Below are positions 1-9,839 of a stretch of DNA of 64,000 nt, piece after piece. The stretch's first letter is position 1, and the number at the start of each line of letters is the position of its first letter. Under the pieces are notes generated by a model that saw only the letters and a list, made by a program, of their open reading frames with translations, did not search any database and was not told the DNA's origin. Source of the stretch: an uncultured Methanosarcinales archaeon (GTDB lineage Archaea; Nanobdellota; Nanobdellia; Woesearchaeales; GW2011-AR9); assembly GCA_964362365.1 (NCBI GenBank), contig CAYIEF010000001.1:4207-68206 (forward strand), given 5' to 3'. The position numbers were made by a program, and so were the translations under genes.

Positions 1-1
1 G

Positions 2-508
2 CTCGTAAATGTTAAATTACATCTCTTAGTTGAAAAGCAAGCTGAACTCCATTCCGGCATACAGGTACGCATTGACGCACTTGCAGAAACTGGCGCAGAT
101 GTATCAGAACTGGAAGCGATCTTAGCTGAATTTGACGCCAAAGTTGAAGAGCTGAAGCAGGATTACGAAACTGCCAAGCAAAAGTGGGTGGAAGCAAAGA
201 CCGCAGAAGACTTCGACCAGTTTAACCGAAACTTGCGAGAAGCACAGCATCAAGTCAGAAAAGATTTGCAGGAGATTAAACAAATCTTGCGAAAATTCCT
301 TCAAGAATATAAAGAAGTAAAGGAAGGCTTGGAAGAAGAAACTGAAGACGAAAGTGAGAATGAAACAGAAGAAGCTTCTGATGCTGACGATGAAGAAAGC
401 GAGGATGCAGAAGAATCTGAGCAAGAGAATGAAAGTGAAGATTCTGATGAGCAAGCTGAAAGCAACACCACTCTGGAAACCAATGCCAGCGCAGAAGCGA
501 CTGCATAG
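2..508 (+). CDS. acidic coiled-coil protein, 5'-partial (reading frame open from window start)
   Basis: No stop in frame 2 from nt 2 to the TAG at 506-508. C-terminal half is very rich in E/D/S. No recognisable family. Confidence 0.4.
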   Translation, partial: LVNVKLHLLVEKQAELHSGIQVRIDALAETGADVSELEAILAEFDAKVEELKQDYETAKQKWVEAKTAEDFDQFNRNLREAQHQVRKDLQEIKQILRKFLQEYKEVKEGLEEETEDESENETEEASDADDEESEDAEESEQENESEDSDEQAESNTTLETNASAEATA

Positions 509-518
509 GTGAAGCAAG

Positions 519-731
519 ATGAAAATTGCACGAATTTCATTGTTGCTGCTGGTAGTGGCAGTGGTAGTAGTCAGCGGCTGTAAAGCTCAGCAAGTAACTA
601 CTCCAGCAGATCAAACCGCTTCCCCTGATCAAGTGGTAGACAGCGGATTAGAAGAGCTGCAGGAGATCGATTCTTTATCCGAAGAAACTGACTTGGGCTT
701 GGAAGAGATTGAGAAGATGGAGCTGGAATAG
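519..731 (+). CDS. small acidic secreted/lipoprotein-like protein
   Basis: N-terminal hydrophobic signal followed by VVSGC lipobox-like Cys. Acidic tail. Followed by a T-rich terminator-like tract at 722-810. Confidence 0.35.
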   Translation: MKIARISLLLLVVAVVVVSGCKAQQVTTPADQTASPDQVVDSGLEELQEIDSLSEETDLGLEEIEKMELE

Positions 732-784
732 GTTTTTTTATTTCTTTCCGATAGGAAAGATTAAAAATCCCCTTCCGGAGATTT

Positions 785-1600
785 TTATTTTTTATCTTTT
801 TCTTTTTTCTGATATTTGGTAACTTTGTAGCCTGCTTTTTTGAGTGCTTCATTATTTGCCTGAAGTAAAGCGCTGAAATGACCAGTTTGTTCTTCTGCGG
901 TTCTCATAATATGAGCTTTTTTATGTTTCCATCCCCTTTCTTCAAAAATAGGGGAGATATACTTAGCCAAATCGGTACGATCATCTTCAGATAGCAAACC
1001 TTCTAGAGCACTACTGTGAAGGTGTTCCGTGTAAGACCCGACATTAAGTTGAGACAGCTCTTGTAATTTCTTGACGAGTTCAACTTTCTTCTTGCCTTTT
1101 AAACCCTTAATGTATTGCTCATGTAGTATATTAAGCTGCTGCCCTCGTTGACTTGGCAAATATCTACCCAGTAATGTTCCTTTAAGCTCCCTCAAATCTT
1201 TTTTATCTAGCTTAGCTTCCTTTTGGGCATGTTCGATGGTCTTTTTATAATTACTACCAATTGCCTTCTGTAAGAAAGTGTCGGTATACGCTTCTAAGAT
1301 ATCTGCTAACTTATCTTCATCATCTAACTTATCATCATCTTCCTTAACATGCTTATCTAATTTTTTGTAGGCTTCATTGAACGCTCCAGGGTAATCTTTT
1401 TCTTTTCCTGGTTTTCCAAAAACAGTATAATGGGCATGTTGAGCAAGAACGGCAGCATGGATGTTGTCAGGGTCGTGGAACTCTTCAAATTTCTTAATCC
1501 TATCTTTAAACTCTTTCCCAGCTTTATGATGATATTTCTGATAGTCAGCTATTATCTCTTCTACTGTTTTTGGCTTTTTCTTATCACCTTTTTGAGACAT
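785..1600 (-). CDS. hypothetical Lys-rich protein
   Basis: 271-aa ORF with a strongly charged (K/E/D) composition. No family recognised. Confidence 0.5.
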   Translation of the reverse strand: MSQKGDKKKPKTVEEIIADYQKYHHKAGKEFKDRIKKFEEFHDPDNIHAAVLAQHAHYTVFGKPGKEKDYPGAFNEAYKKLDKHVKEDDDKLDDEDKLADILEAYTDTFLQKAIGSNYKKTIEHAQKEAKLDKKDLRELKGTLLGRYLPSQRGQQLNILHEQYIKGLKGKKKVELVKKLQELSQLNVGSYTEHLHSSALEGLLSEDDRTDLAKYISPIFEERGWKHKKAHIMRTAEEQTGHFSALLQANNEALKKAGYKVTKYQKKEKDKK

Positions 1601-1669
1601 GCCTCAACTAACTCAAACAGAATATTTAAAGATTTCTACTTTATCTACTTTATTCCTTTAAAGATCAGT

Positions 1670-2176
1670 TTAAGAGTTGTGATAGGTTGCTACTACTTTG
1701 CCGTCACGGAGCTTTTCAATCTTAGAAGGTTGTTCTACTGGTTGATATGGACGTTCTACTAGATGAGTTCTTGGACCTTGATCAAAAGGATCACCCCAAT
1801 AAGGACCAAAAGACTTTTCAGACTCTTGTTTACCTTTCAGAATGTAGGCTTTAATTGTATCACCTATTGTATCACCTGCTTCTAAAGGCGGCCAGCCTTT
1901 GAATTCCAGTTTTTCGACTAATGTTCCACTCTCTACTTTGATTTCAGTGCTGTAAACATGACCCCCCCTATAGCTGCTGGAGTGTCCCCCAATTACTATC
2001 TCTGAACGAGGAGTAAAAGAAGTTGAATTCTGATAACCATTTACCTCTAAAACAACACACTCCAAATCAACCGTCAATTCTTCTTTTGTTTTAGCTTTAG
2101 CGCGTAATTCTTGATTATGTTGCTCAAACCTATTCTTAATCTCTGCCAGAAAGTCTTTTTGTTTTTCTTCAACCAT
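1670..2176 (-). CDS. hypothetical protein
   Basis: 168-aa ORF on the same strand as neighbours. No family recognised. Confidence 0.45.
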   Translation of the reverse strand: MVEEKQKDFLAEIKNRFEQHNQELRAKAKTKEELTVDLECVVLEVNGYQNSTSFTPRSEIVIGGHSSSYRGGHVYSTEIKVESGTLVEKLEFKGWPPLEAGDTIGDTIKAYILKGKQESEKSFGPYWGDPFDQGPRTHLVERPYQPVEQPSKIEKLRDGKVVATYHNS

Positions 2177-2228
2177 GGAGGATGGAAAACAAAAAAGTTT
2201 AAATCATTTTCGATTTTCAAAAATATAA

Positions 2229-4331
2229 TTACCTTACCTTAGCGCCATCATTCACGCCATGCACTTTGACTTCTTCCACCGCAGAGATCAATTTCTTTCC
2301 GGAATAGAACACCTGCCCGGCTTGCACGGTCATGTTGATCTTTATGAATTCATCAAAGGTAATTTCGGCATGCGCATTTTCCGTGCCTTCGAAGTGCACT
2401 TCTTCTCCTGGATTCAGCTTCTCCACTTCTAATATCCTAACATGTGCAGCGTCATCCGCAGCCAGGATCATGGCTTCACTCATTTCGCCGCGCAGTTTAG
2501 CCGGCTTCATGTTGGCAACAAATACTGCTTTTCTTCCCTGCAGGTTTTCTTTGGAAATATGTTTCTTCAAGCCAGCGACCACTTGTCTCCTGCCAAGACC
2601 CCCCAGGTCAACTTTCAACAGATACAAGCTATCGGCATTGGGATGATCTCTCACTTCCAGTATCTCTCCTACGGTCAAGCGTAAAGGGAACGTTTCCTTG
2701 CGGGCTATCTCGACCTTATTGACCAACAATGGAACATTTTTTACTTTTCCTTTCCATTTGAACTCGATATCGCCAAATGCTGGATCGCTTTTTTCTCCCA
2801 AGGCGCTGAAAACTTTTCCACTAAATTCAGGTAAAACCGGATTAATTAAAATTGCCAAATCTCTCGCCAAATTGACGCACCAGGAAACTGCTTGTTTTGT
2901 TTTCAAATCATCTTTTGATTTCCAAGGCTCCGTTTTTTGAAAGTAAGCATTCCCCAGATCAGCGATGAGCAATATGTTTTTGACCGCTTCATGGTAATCT
3001 TGAGCAAGATAATTTTTCTTTATTTTCTCGGACAAAGATAGTACTTTTTTTGTTAGCGCTTTGTTTTCCGTGGGCTTGAGAGCAGGCAGTTCTGCATAAT
3101 TCTTCTCTGCAAAGATTAATGACCTATAACAGAAATTTCCTAATTTCCCGACTAAGACGTTATTTACTACCGCAGCAAATTCATCAAAGTTGAGATCTAC
3201 ATCAACAACCTTGCGCTGCAGGTGGCTGGCATAATAAAAACGCAATGCCTCTGCACCATACAATTTGTGAAATTCTTTGGCAGTGAAGAACGTGCCACGG
3301 GATTTGCTCATCTTTTGGCCATTGACGGTAATAAATCCATGCACAGTCAATTTTGGGAGAGGAATACCCATTGCCATCAGCATCGCCGGCCAGAATAGGA
3401 AATGGAAATAGGAAATGTCTTTGCCGATGAAATGGTGAGCGCTGCCTTTTTTCCAGTAATCTTCCCATCTGCAACTCTTAGTCTTGCTTTTTTCGCAGTA
3501 ATTTTTAGTTGAAGAGAGGTAGCCGATTGGCGCATCCAGCCACACGTAGAAATATTTCACTTCACCGCATTCTTTCTTACTGCCGGGAATTTCGAAGCCA
3601 AAGTACGGAGCATCGCGGGAGATACACCAATCCTCCAACCCTTTATCAAGCCATTCCTTCAACCAGTTTTTTACTTCTGGTTGCAGATCAGCCTGCTTGG
3701 AGTTGATCCATTTTTTTAGTTTACTTGCAAATACACTTAACTTGAAAAAATAATGAGGACTGGATTTAATATGCGGCGTAGTTCCACAGAGAGAACATTT
3801 CGGATTTAATAAATCGGTCCCTTTCAAGACGCTGCCGCAACCTTCACAGACATCGCCATACTGATCAGCAGTGCCGCACAACGGGCAAGTGCCGCGGATA
3901 TAACGATCCGGAAGTGTTCTTTCACATTTCGGACAGTAAATAACGTCCATGTTTTTTATGTAGATAAATTTCTTTTTCTTAAGTTCAGTAAAAAAATGTT
4001 CTGACAATTCTTTGTTTTCCTTGGAATGAGTCTTATGAAAATTATCAAAAGAGACCATAAACGAGGCAGCGTCTTCCTGATGTTCTTTCCAATACTTTTC
4101 GACAAACTTTTCCGGTTCTATCCCTGCTTTTTTGGCATTAATCTCTATAGGCGTGCCATGCATGTCAGAAGCGCAGATGTAAAGAACATCTTTCTGCATT
4201 GATCGAAGAAATCTGGCATAGATATCTGCCTGAATCGCCTCCAACAGAAATCCTATATGCAGCGGACCGTTAGCGTAGGGAAGTGCAGCAGTGATAACTG
4301 TTTTTGCAGCTAATTTTGAAGATGTTTTCAT
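2229..4331 (-). CDS. metG: methionyl-tRNA synthetase with C-terminal tRNA-binding (EMAP/Trbp111-like) domain
   Basis: HIGH-type motif PYANGPLHIGF; zinc knuckles CPKC...CPLCG...CEGCG...CSLCG; KMSKS; C-terminal OB-fold tRNA-binding domain (LRLTVGEILEVRDHPNADSLYLLKVDLG). Confidence 0.95.
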   Translation of the reverse strand: MKTSSKLAAKTVITAALPYANGPLHIGFLLEAIQADIYARFLRSMQKDVLYICASDMHGTPIEINAKKAGIEPEKFVEKYWKEHQEDAASFMVSFDNFHKTHSKENKELSEHFFTELKKKKFIYIKNMDVIYCPKCERTLPDRYIRGTCPLCGTADQYGDVCEGCGSVLKGTDLLNPKCSLCGTTPHIKSSPHYFFKLSVFASKLKKWINSKQADLQPEVKNWLKEWLDKGLEDWCISRDAPYFGFEIPGSKKECGEVKYFYVWLDAPIGYLSSTKNYCEKSKTKSCRWEDYWKKGSAHHFIGKDISYFHFLFWPAMLMAMGIPLPKLTVHGFITVNGQKMSKSRGTFFTAKEFHKLYGAEALRFYYASHLQRKVVDVDLNFDEFAAVVNNVLVGKLGNFCYRSLIFAEKNYAELPALKPTENKALTKKVLSLSEKIKKNYLAQDYHEAVKNILLIADLGNAYFQKTEPWKSKDDLKTKQAVSWCVNLARDLAILINPVLPEFSGKVFSALGEKSDPAFGDIEFKWKGKVKNVPLLVNKVEIARKETFPLRLTVGEILEVRDHPNADSLYLLKVDLGGLGRRQVVAGLKKHISKENLQGRKAVFVANMKPAKLRGEMSEAMILAADDAAHVRILEVEKLNPGEEVHFEGTENAHAEITFDEFIKINMTVQAGQVFYSGKKLISAVEEVKVHGVNDGAKVR

Positions 4332-4388
4332 GACTGTTTTAAAAACAAAGAAGTTATTTAAAGGTTGCTGTGGCTGAATTTTACTTTC

Positions 4389-4886
4389 TTAACTACTGAG
4401 GTCGCAATCACAACCGTGCAAACCTCCAAAAGAGACCGGTTGACAATTCTTAACCGCAGGAATTTCTTTGTAGGTAACCATCTGATCTGCGCGACTTATT
4501 TCTGGTCCCCTTTCTGTCGCATAATAACAAAACATCCTATTGCCATCGCACTGGACATCAACCGATTGCAAAGGCTGAAATGCAAATCCTTCCTCGAGGA
4601 GCCAATGTTGTTCGGTTGCAGGCTCTAGTGTTGATGGACATCTGAAGGCTTCAGGATCCTCACCTTCTTGAATTGCTTTTGCTACTTTAATCTGATCATC
4701 TGTCAAAGCCAACTGTTTCGTCTCCACAATTCGCCTCTGGATTGCTTCTCCTGCAATAGCTTCAATGTTGGTGCTGCGCTGAAGTATAAAGGCAGTAAGC
4801 CCTAAAAGGATGATAACTACAAAAACTGAAATCAAAAACCAGTGGTGCCGGGAAGGCTTTTTGTGCACTATCTTTTGCTTTGACAT
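4389..4886 (-). CDS. membrane-anchored hypothetical protein
   Basis: N-terminal TM helix (WFLISVFVVIILLGLTAFIL). Cys-containing C-terminus. Confidence 0.5.
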   Translation of the reverse strand: MSKQKIVHKKPSRHHWFLISVFVVIILLGLTAFILQRSTNIEAIAGEAIQRRIVETKQLALTDDQIKVAKAIQEGEDPEAFRCPSTLEPATEQHWLLEEGFAFQPLQSVDVQCDGNRMFCYYATERGPEISRADQMVTYKEIPAVKNCQPVSFGGLHGCDCDLSS

Positions 4887-4949
4887 CTATCTTTTAACCC
4901 TAACCTCTTTACTAAAAGAAAGAAAAACAAGTATTTAATGCTTTCTTCT

Positions 4950-5381
4950 TCACCACTCCCATTTTTTTCCTAGATTCCATTTCTTTCCTGCGCCGCTCAA
5001 AAGCAGGCTTATATTTGCCAGCAGGAGAAGCAGAACGAACTCGTATCCCCCATTTAGTATGGAAAAACCTTTGGGCAAATGGAACACCAGCAAGGCGGTT
5101 AGCATATCTAGTGCCAAGAGCAAAGCGGCATATCGAGTAAAAACACCCAGCAATAACGCAACCCCGCCAAAGGTTTCTACCAAAGCTACTACCACGGCAA
5201 AGAACATCGCAGCTGGAATCCCTAAGCTGGCGAAAAAGTTTGCAGTTCCACTTATCCCCAAAGAGGTTGGCCCTATGTTCAATAATTTTCCAAGCCCATG
5301 GGCCAAGAAAATAATCCCTACTCCTAGGCGGAGAAAAAGAGTGCTCCATGGCGCATATTTTTTAACTGCACGATCTAACAT
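4950..5381 (-). CDS. DoxX family membrane protein
   Basis: Four predicted TM helices and a DoxX-like N-terminus (LFLRLGVGIIFLAHGLGKL). Preferred over the overlapping alternative frame 4912..5349. Confidence 0.7.
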   Translation of the reverse strand: MLDRAVKKYAPWSTLFLRLGVGIIFLAHGLGKLLNIGPTSLGISGTANFFASLGIPAAMFFAVVVALVETFGGVALLLGVFTRYAALLLALDMLTALLVFHLPKGFSILNGGYEFVLLLLLANISLLLSGAGKKWNLGKKWEW

Positions 5382-5415
5382 TCTTCAACACCTCTTACAA
5401 AATTTATTCAATTGT

Positions 5416-5595
5416 TTATTCAATCATCTCCAGTTCTTCCAGCGCGGCATCTAAATCGTCAGGATACTGTGCAAGTATCTCCTCATCGCTTGGTCCTGAT
5501 GCAGATGTTTCTGAAATCTGGTCTTGATCTGCACACCCAACAATGATCAAGCTTGAGAACAAAAGAAATATCATCAATATTGCAGCAATTTTCAT
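5416..5595 (-). CDS. small (59 aa) secreted/lipoprotein-like acidic peptide, translationally coupled to the upstream gene (ATGA overlap)
   Basis: Hand-translated: MKIAAILMIFLLFSSLIIVGCADQDQISETSASGPSDEEILAQYPDDLDAALEELEMIE. Start overlaps the stop of 5592..6842. Not in the ORF track because it is under 60 aa. Confidence 0.3.
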   Translation of the reverse strand: MKIAAILMIFLLFSSLIIVGCADQDQISETSASGPSDEEILAQYPDDLDAALEELEMIE

Positions 5596-6842
5596 GCTTC
5601 CACCTTCACTTTTTTCATCAACTCAATCCAGGCTTTTCGCGCTTGCAAAATAATCGCGCGGCGTTCTTCTTTGTTAGCTGCTTTATTAAAAGCTAACTTT
5701 GATTCTTCCATGGTAACTACAAAGGCAGCAACCTCTTCCTCGCTTAATCTTCCTTCTTCCATTAGTTCTTCTGCTTCTTCTTCAAGATTATAGAGCCGGA
5801 ATTTAATCAGGCCATGCGCCTTATCACGCAGCTCTTGATTACAGTTTTCGCGCTTTCCTGCGTCTAATGCATTGCAGTTGGCTTGTTCGGTGAGAATCTC
5901 TCCTAATTTAAGCTGACCTTTCACACAGGCGATTCTTGACGGCCCGTTGGGAAAATCCCAGCATTCCTGCACCGCCCTATAGGCTTGCAAGCAGGCTTCT
6001 TGGTCATTTCTGGCCTTGCATTCTTCAGGAAAAAAGTTTTCATATTCAGCAGCCTGATCTTCACGCAGCCGCAAACGGCATTTTACCCTATCAGCAATAT
6101 CCAAATAACCTCCGCATTTCAATTTCTTCCCGCTCTCCTCTGAGCTGGCTGCGGCTTTCTCTTCTTCATCTTTACTTTCTTCTTTCTGGCAGGCGATTTT
6201 TGAATAGGCGTAGTATTCGCCTACGCATCGCGGATGAGAAACTTGTATTTTTTCAATGTCAGGAGCAAGCTCTGTTTCCAAAGTGAAGAAATCTGCTGAA
6301 GTTTTAGTAATTTGAAAGTTCTTAAGCTCTGAAGAAATAGAAGTTTTAGAACGCTTGAAGATACGCGAGGAATCCTGCTGCTTGAATTGGTATTCTAAAT
6401 CTTCCGGAGATGTTCCTATTCCTTTTAAGACAAAGCCAACTTTCACTTTACCTGGGACCTGCTGGCATTCCTGCAACTGCAGCGTCATTAAAGTGCAACT
6501 AAAGGTAAGACCGGGACAGGAAACTTCTTTATCGCCGTATTTTGAATCTTTCACAACATACTTGCCAGCCTTAACCATAGAAGCTTCGTCTGAAGTAAAT
6601 TTTCCGTTCTTCCAGCTGCCAGGGATAATTTTCTCTTCACCATTTGGATCTGTAACTTTAACCTCATTCTCTGCGCCACGGGTGAAGCTAAGCACACCAG
6701 TATCCGTACATTTAATATCAGAATAACGGCTCACGCTTCCCCCACCGCCACCACCTCCTCCTCCACCGCCTCCGCCACCGGCAGCGAGAACGGAAGCTAT
6801 GGAAAACAAAAGAACAGCTAAGTAAACCAAAGATTCTCTCAT
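5592..6842 (-). CDS. secreted Cys-rich protein with signal peptide and a 14-residue poly-Gly linker
   Basis: Signal peptide MRESLVYLAVLLFSIASVLAA followed by G14 (nt about 6727-6775), then a Cys-rich and charged body. No family recognised. Confidence 0.6.
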   Translation of the reverse strand: MRESLVYLAVLLFSIASVLAAGGGGGGGGGGGGGGSVSRYSDIKCTDTGVLSFTRGAENEVKVTDPNGEEKIIPGSWKNGKFTSDEASMVKAGKYVVKDSKYGDKEVSCPGLTFSCTLMTLQLQECQQVPGKVKVGFVLKGIGTSPEDLEYQFKQQDSSRIFKRSKTSISSELKNFQITKTSADFFTLETELAPDIEKIQVSHPRCVGEYYAYSKIACQKEESKDEEEKAAASSEESGKKLKCGGYLDIADRVKCRLRLREDQAAEYENFFPEECKARNDQEACLQAYRAVQECWDFPNGPSRIACVKGQLKLGEILTEQANCNALDAGKRENCNQELRDKAHGLIKFRLYNLEEEAEELMEEGRLSEEEVAAFVVTMEESKLAFNKAANKEERRAIILQARKAWIELMKKVKVEA

Positions 6843-6937
6843 TCAATCACCATGAATATTCAGAAAAGAAAAAGTAGTATTTTAATGTTTCTTTCATTTA
6901 CGATAAATTATATAAAGAAGATTCAATATGAGAGAAT

Positions 6938-7321
6938 ATGTCCTCAAAAACAGAACAACCTGAAATAAAGATAACTATGGAGCCTTATCTGCAAGCAGGA
7001 GGCCCAGAAGTATATCCTAATCTTGAACCAGCACAGCCGATTGCAGTAAAGTTAGTAGATAATGGCTCCAGCATCTATGGTGTAGCCACGTTCGTTCCAA
7101 AAGTATATTCTGATACAAAATTACAATTACATGACCTAGTTGATTTATTAAATAAGGAATTGGTTGAGAAAGCACGAAAAGAAGGCATAACACATATCTT
7201 TAACGTGCAATACGCAGGACCGACAGAATTTTATTGGAGAAGTGCTTTTGGAAAACATTTTGATAAAAGAGAATATACTGCCGTCGGCTGCGGGTATAAA
7301 CCAAAAGGAAAGGAAGAATAA
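6938..7321 (+). CDS. YbjQ/UPF0145 (DUF74)-like heavy-metal-binding-domain protein
   Basis: Pattern resembles the YbjQ family (GITHIFNVQYAGPTEF ... EYTAVGCGY), recalled from memory. Confidence 0.45.
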   Translation: MSSKTEQPEIKITMEPYLQAGGPEVYPNLEPAQPIAVKLVDNGSSIYGVATFVPKVYSDTKLQLHDLVDLLNKELVEKARKEGITHIFNVQYAGPTEFYWRSAFGKHFDKREYTAVGCGYKPKGKEE

Positions 7322-7323
7322 TT

Positions 7324-7749
7324 TTAATCCGCTTCTTCAAATTCCGAAGACGCTTTCTTCCCTTTCGGCGCTTTCAACTTTTTAGTGAGCGGTATTACGT
7401 TCTGGCAATGCTGGCAGGTCACGACATACGATTGCACGCCTTGGTAATTCTTGCGTTTGTACTGTCCGGTAGATTCGCCTTTCTTGCCGCAAGAAGGGCA
7501 AGCGTATTTAGCTTCTAATTGTAGGCTTTCTTCATGCTCTTGCTTTTGCTCTTTGTAACCACAAGCTGGACATTCATATTCATCTGCCCTAGTCTTCACT
7601 TTGCCTTTCACCACCGGCTTGCCCATCTTGGCTTTCTTGCATTTGGGGCAAACTTTCCTATAAACCCAGGCCATGACTTCGCCGCCGTCAAGGGAGCGAT
7701 TGGTAAAATAGATACATTCGTCCAGGGATTGCGGTTCGCGTAAGGCCAT
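7324..7749 (-). CDS. zinc-ribbon protein (four CxxC pairs)
   Basis: CPKC, CPAC, CPSC and CQHC are spaced as two zinc ribbons. Lys-rich. Confidence 0.55.
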   Translation of the reverse strand: MALREPQSLDECIYFTNRSLDGGEVMAWVYRKVCPKCKKAKMGKPVVKGKVKTRADEYECPACGYKEQKQEHEESLQLEAKYACPSCGKKGESTGQYKRKNYQGVQSYVVTCQHCQNVIPLTKKLKAPKGKKASSEFEEAD

Positions 7750-7761
7750 GATGAGCTCCTC

Positions 7762-8583
7762 TTATTTTTCTAATCGTTTCACTTCTATCGATATTGCCGG
7801 TTTGTTCAACCTAATATACCGCGGACATTCCGTCCAGGGCAGTTGCTTATCTTTACAGTAGTTTATAATCTTTTCTTTTTCTTGCTGAGTTTGATATTTA
7901 ACCACCGCCACAAAACCAAGATCTTGTTTGTGGACTATATCAAAATATTCTAAATCAGCAATGATTTTCTTTCTTTTTTCAGTAAGAAAAGAAATCCTCT
8001 CCGGCAATTCCTGGATTTTGTTTGAGATTATTTTTAATTTTTCATCGTCGTCAAATATTTTACAAAAAGGTTTAATTTTTTCAAATAGTTTTTTACTTTT
8101 GCAGGAGACAAATCCGCCAGCTTTCGCTTCCACCAATTTCCATTCGCCAAAACTTCCTACTAAAACATCAGCATAGTTACCGTCACATAATTTTGTTCCA
8201 ATTGAACCAGAAACATCCATGATGACCAAGCAATTATTTTTTCGACATACATTGTAAATTTCTTTCATCGGCTGTTCCGCAAAATAGCCGCCGGGATTCT
8301 GGTAGAGAAGTGCACCGCAAGAAAATTCGTTCAATTTTTTTTGCAAACCTGAAAGATTAATTTTAGCATCATCGCACTTTACTTCCGTTGCCTTGAGGCC
8401 TAATTTTTTAGGTATTTTCAGATAACTTAACCATCCACCTTCTTCAGGAATGAGAACAACTTTATCTTTAGGAATTGCAGAGAGAGCCGCAGCTATGGCT
8501 GCATCACCGCGCGCAGTAATCTCTAAGTGTTGGTGGCGGGTTAATTTTTGCAGGGTTGGGATTATATCTGATTTAACCATGAA
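7762..8583 (-). CDS. short PLP-dependent-transferase-fold (aminotransferase-like) protein; track ORF extends to 8673 but the likely start is the internal Met (MVKSDIIP)
   Basis: Motifs LLYQNPGGYF and VIMDVSGS resemble the aminotransferase NPxG / hhDE-Y region. SCKSK is a possible PLP-Lys site. The longer start would overlap the S2P gene by 50 nt. Confidence 0.4.
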   Translation of the reverse strand, partial: FMVKSDIIPTLQKLTRHQHLEITARGDAAIAAALSAIPKDKVVLIPEEGGWLSYLKIPKKLGLKATEVKCDDAKINLSGLQKKLNEFSCGALLYQNPGGYFAEQPMKEIYNVCRKNNCLVIMDVSGSIGTKLCDGNYADVLVGSFGEWKLVEAKAGGFVSCKSKKLFEKIKPFCKIFDDDEKLKIISNKIQELPERISFLTEKRKKIIADLEYFDIVHKQDLGFVAVVKYQTQQEKEKIINYCKDKQLPWTECPRYIRLNKPAISIEVKRLEK

Positions 8584-8623
8584 CAAAGAAAAAAGAGGTT
8601 TGTTTTTAATGATTGCTGTCGAA

Positions 8624-9766
8624 TTATTTTTTTGTCCCTTTTCTTCTCTTTTCTTCTTTAACTCCCACGCCAAATTTCAGCGCTAAAATTAATTTCTGCA
8701 TTAATCTCGTTTTACTTACAAAACCAAGCAAATGTGATCTTTCCAGGACCGGAAGAAAGTCAAGATTCTGTTCAGATAATTTTTTGTAAGCATTGTAAGC
8801 GGAATCGCTGATGCGCAGAGTATTGATTTTAGATAAAGGAGTAGACAGTTGTTTAAGGGAAATTACTTTCTGCATTTTTGCTGGGATGGAAGTAATATTT
8901 TTTAGATCAAGAATTCCTGAGAAAGAAGTATTTTTTACGAAATATATTTCTTCATCACTATCTTGGTATTTTTTCAGAAATTCTGAAAAACGCATTGATG
9001 GTTCAAATTGAGCATACTTATCAGTCATTATTTTTTTAACACTTATTTTGCTGAGAATATCTTTTATCAGCACTTGTTCATAACTTCTTCCAGCAATAAA
9101 GTACAGAAAGCCGCCCAAGAAAATAAACCACAATCCGCCTCCTGCCCCGTTGATCATGTAAAGCAATCCTGATAAGACTAAAAAGAGCGCGAAGAATCTT
9201 CCGCCTAACACGGCAATCTTAGTGGCTTTCTTGATATCTTTGTAATAGGCATATAGAATTGCGCGGAAGGCTCTTCCCCCATCGAGAGGATATCCGGGGA
9301 CGAGATTAAATAAGGCTAAAATCAAGTTAAGCTGGTATAAATAAAAAGTAATAGCAGTCCAAAAAAGATTTCCGTTCAGGAGATAGATGAGGTAAAAGAG
9401 AACAAACAGCAGCAGGGAGAATAACGGCCCGGCAATAGCCATCAAAAATTCTGTGCCGGGTTTGAGATCCTCATCGTCAATGCTCGCTACACCGCCAAAG
9501 AAAAAGAGAGTGATGCTTTCCACTTTTATCTTTTTAGCTTTCGCAACTAGGGAATGGCTTAATTCATGCAGCAATACGGAAACAAACAACAAAATGACCG
9601 ACACAACGCCCATCATCCAATAAATGTTAGTATCCTGACCGGGAAAGTAGTGGGGAAAAAAAGAAGAGGATAAGCCCCAGACCAAAATGGCAAAGACAAA
9701 CCACCAGGAGAAATGCAGCTGCACATCAATGCCGAAAATACGAAATAGTTTTAAAGTGCCTCGCAT
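8624..9766 (-). CDS. site-2 protease (M50) family zinc metalloprotease with C-terminal CBS pair
   Basis: HELSHSL (HExxH) inside a multi-TM core. C-terminal CBS-like domains. Confidence 0.8.
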   Translation of the reverse strand: MRGTLKLFRIFGIDVQLHFSWWFVFAILVWGLSSSFFPHYFPGQDTNIYWMMGVVSVILLFVSVLLHELSHSLVAKAKKIKVESITLFFFGGVASIDDEDLKPGTEFLMAIAGPLFSLLLFVLFYLIYLLNGNLFWTAITFYLYQLNLILALFNLVPGYPLDGGRAFRAILYAYYKDIKKATKIAVLGGRFFALFLVLSGLLYMINGAGGGLWFIFLGGFLYFIAGRSYEQVLIKDILSKISVKKIMTDKYAQFEPSMRFSEFLKKYQDSDEEIYFVKNTSFSGILDLKNITSIPAKMQKVISLKQLSTPLSKINTLRISDSAYNAYKKLSEQNLDFLPVLERSHLLGFVSKTRLMQKLILALKFGVGVKEEKRRKGTKK

Positions 9767-9839
9767 GACTTTAAGAATTATTTTTAATCTTTAAAAGGAT
9801 TTGTGTTCATTTAGAAATAGAAAATATCAAAATTAGAAA

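Noticed and set aside
122-540. Minus-strand ORFs overlapping the first acidic-protein gene
   Set aside because: Low-complexity translations (Ser/Phe-rich) produced by the GAA/GAT-rich coding strand opposite.
4912-5349. Alternative 145-aa ORF overlapping the DoxX gene
   Set aside because: Same strand but different frame. The DoxX frame gives a coherent 4-TM protein whereas this one is a Cys/Arg-rich shadow.
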